From Antedon mediterranea (Eukaryota; Animalia; Echinodermata): a stretch of DNA of 64,000 bases. Made by a program: the position numbers and the translations under genes. The number at the start of each line of letters is the position of its first letter. Within the stretch, counting starts at the first letter, position 1. Shown piece after piece: positions 62,776 to 64,000 of the stretch. The stretch spans positions 3,596,001-3,660,000 of the forward strand of contig NC_092671.1 in assembly GCF_964355755.1 (NCBI RefSeq), read 5' to 3'. The notes under the pieces were generated by a model. It was not told the DNA's origin, did no database searches, and was given only the letters and a program-made list of their open reading frames with translations.

Positions 62776-64000
62776 TAATGAAATGGAAATAAAGGCTAGT
62801 GTGTCTCACAAAAAAAAAAAAAAGTTTCTTTGGGTGACAGAGATGACCAATAGTATACCAAAACATATTATAGACCGTTGTTTATCTTTAGTGTTTACAG
62901 CAACACAAATTCAAATTTAGGTGACACGTCTAAATGGACTCTCCTATATTAAAGGGATACAGTACTCCTATTAAGTGGATACTTTGTTGAGTCCTAAAGG
63001 TGTTCCCTGTTGCAATTTTGACTGAATAGTTATGCATTCAGTAGGTCTATATATTTGAGAAGAGGATTAGAATTTGAGGACCAGGTTATACGTTAATAAC
63101 ACAAACAAAATCAGTTCTGTTTAATTATGCACGTTTAGGTAATCATACCCGCCAATCATTATCCAGGCTACTGTATAATTAAAACCTTTTCGATATTAAT
63201 TGACATTGACTTTGACATATCGAGTTATATCTGGCCTAGCCCACCTGTGGCAGGTAGACGACAACCAGAACCGCCTGTCGCACGTGCCACAGGTAGCTTT
63301 CGTGTGCCGCTATGTCCAACAATAAAGGACGATAATCGAAAACCTCTGGGCCTACACACCTTCACCCCTTTAGGTTCAGTAAACATAGAAACATTCGCCC
63401 TTTGATGAGTATTTTCTAGGTAAATAGAACAACAATGAAATCACCACAGGTAAACAGGTTTTTATACCTGGCGGCATTTCAAAGTAAATTTAAATATTTG
63501 TTGCGTTTACTGTTTTCCTTTAGGCCTTTTTAAATGAGATGCACCTGATGAAATACATATACAAATTCTGTTATAGACCTATCGGGCCAACTCTAATTTT
63601 ACAAGCCCTTGTCAATATATAATTGTCATCTTATAATTATTTTTAAAACTATGAAGGTACAATATAGGCTCCTATTACGGAGTTCCCCATGTTATCCCCT
63701 CAATAGTGCTTCTTCTGAATTGGCCGCATTTTATTATTACTATTATCATTACTCCACGTTTATCTAACAGAAAAAATCATTTAAAAAGATGCCCCCCTAC
63801 CTACTTGAATAGGTACCAGTGGAATAGGGATGTCCCAAGGAGAGGTTCTAAAGTAATATCTAAAATACGAAAAAAACAAATATTAAACGTTAGAGCACAT
63901 GCGAGCAAAAATCTACGTGTTTTATACAATACTTATATTAAAATAAGTTTGTTACAGTGTAACATGTGTTACATTATAACATTACTACCATTTTTAACAC

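Overview
AT-rich animal (probably invertebrate) genomic DNA, not prokaryotic; no CRISPR array, rRNA or intact tRNA was seen. The window is dominated by one + strand gene, a BMPER/crossveinless-2 orthologue. Thirteen phase-consistent GT-AG coding exons (1532-54210; 1845 nt, 614 aa plus stop) encode the second half of VWC1, VWC2-5, a VWD domain with the GDPH autocleavage site, C8 and TIL. The signal peptide and VWC1 start were not found and probably lie upstream. The introns hold a rich transposon record: a near-intact 5'-truncated CR1/L2-group LINE; a 6.6-kb CMC/EnSpm (CACTA)-type DNA transposon with CACAG termini, TA duplication, two different subterminal satellite arrays and two decayed head-to-head spliced genes (zinc-finger transposase 5' part and a SAM/SAMD3-like gene); an L2 fragment; RTE fragments; a tRNA-headed Deu/Nin-domain SINE; several Harbinger-, hAT- and TA-type MITEs; minisatellites; and a 97-bp near-perfect palindrome. 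Family assignments rest on motif recognition from memory, with no database search.
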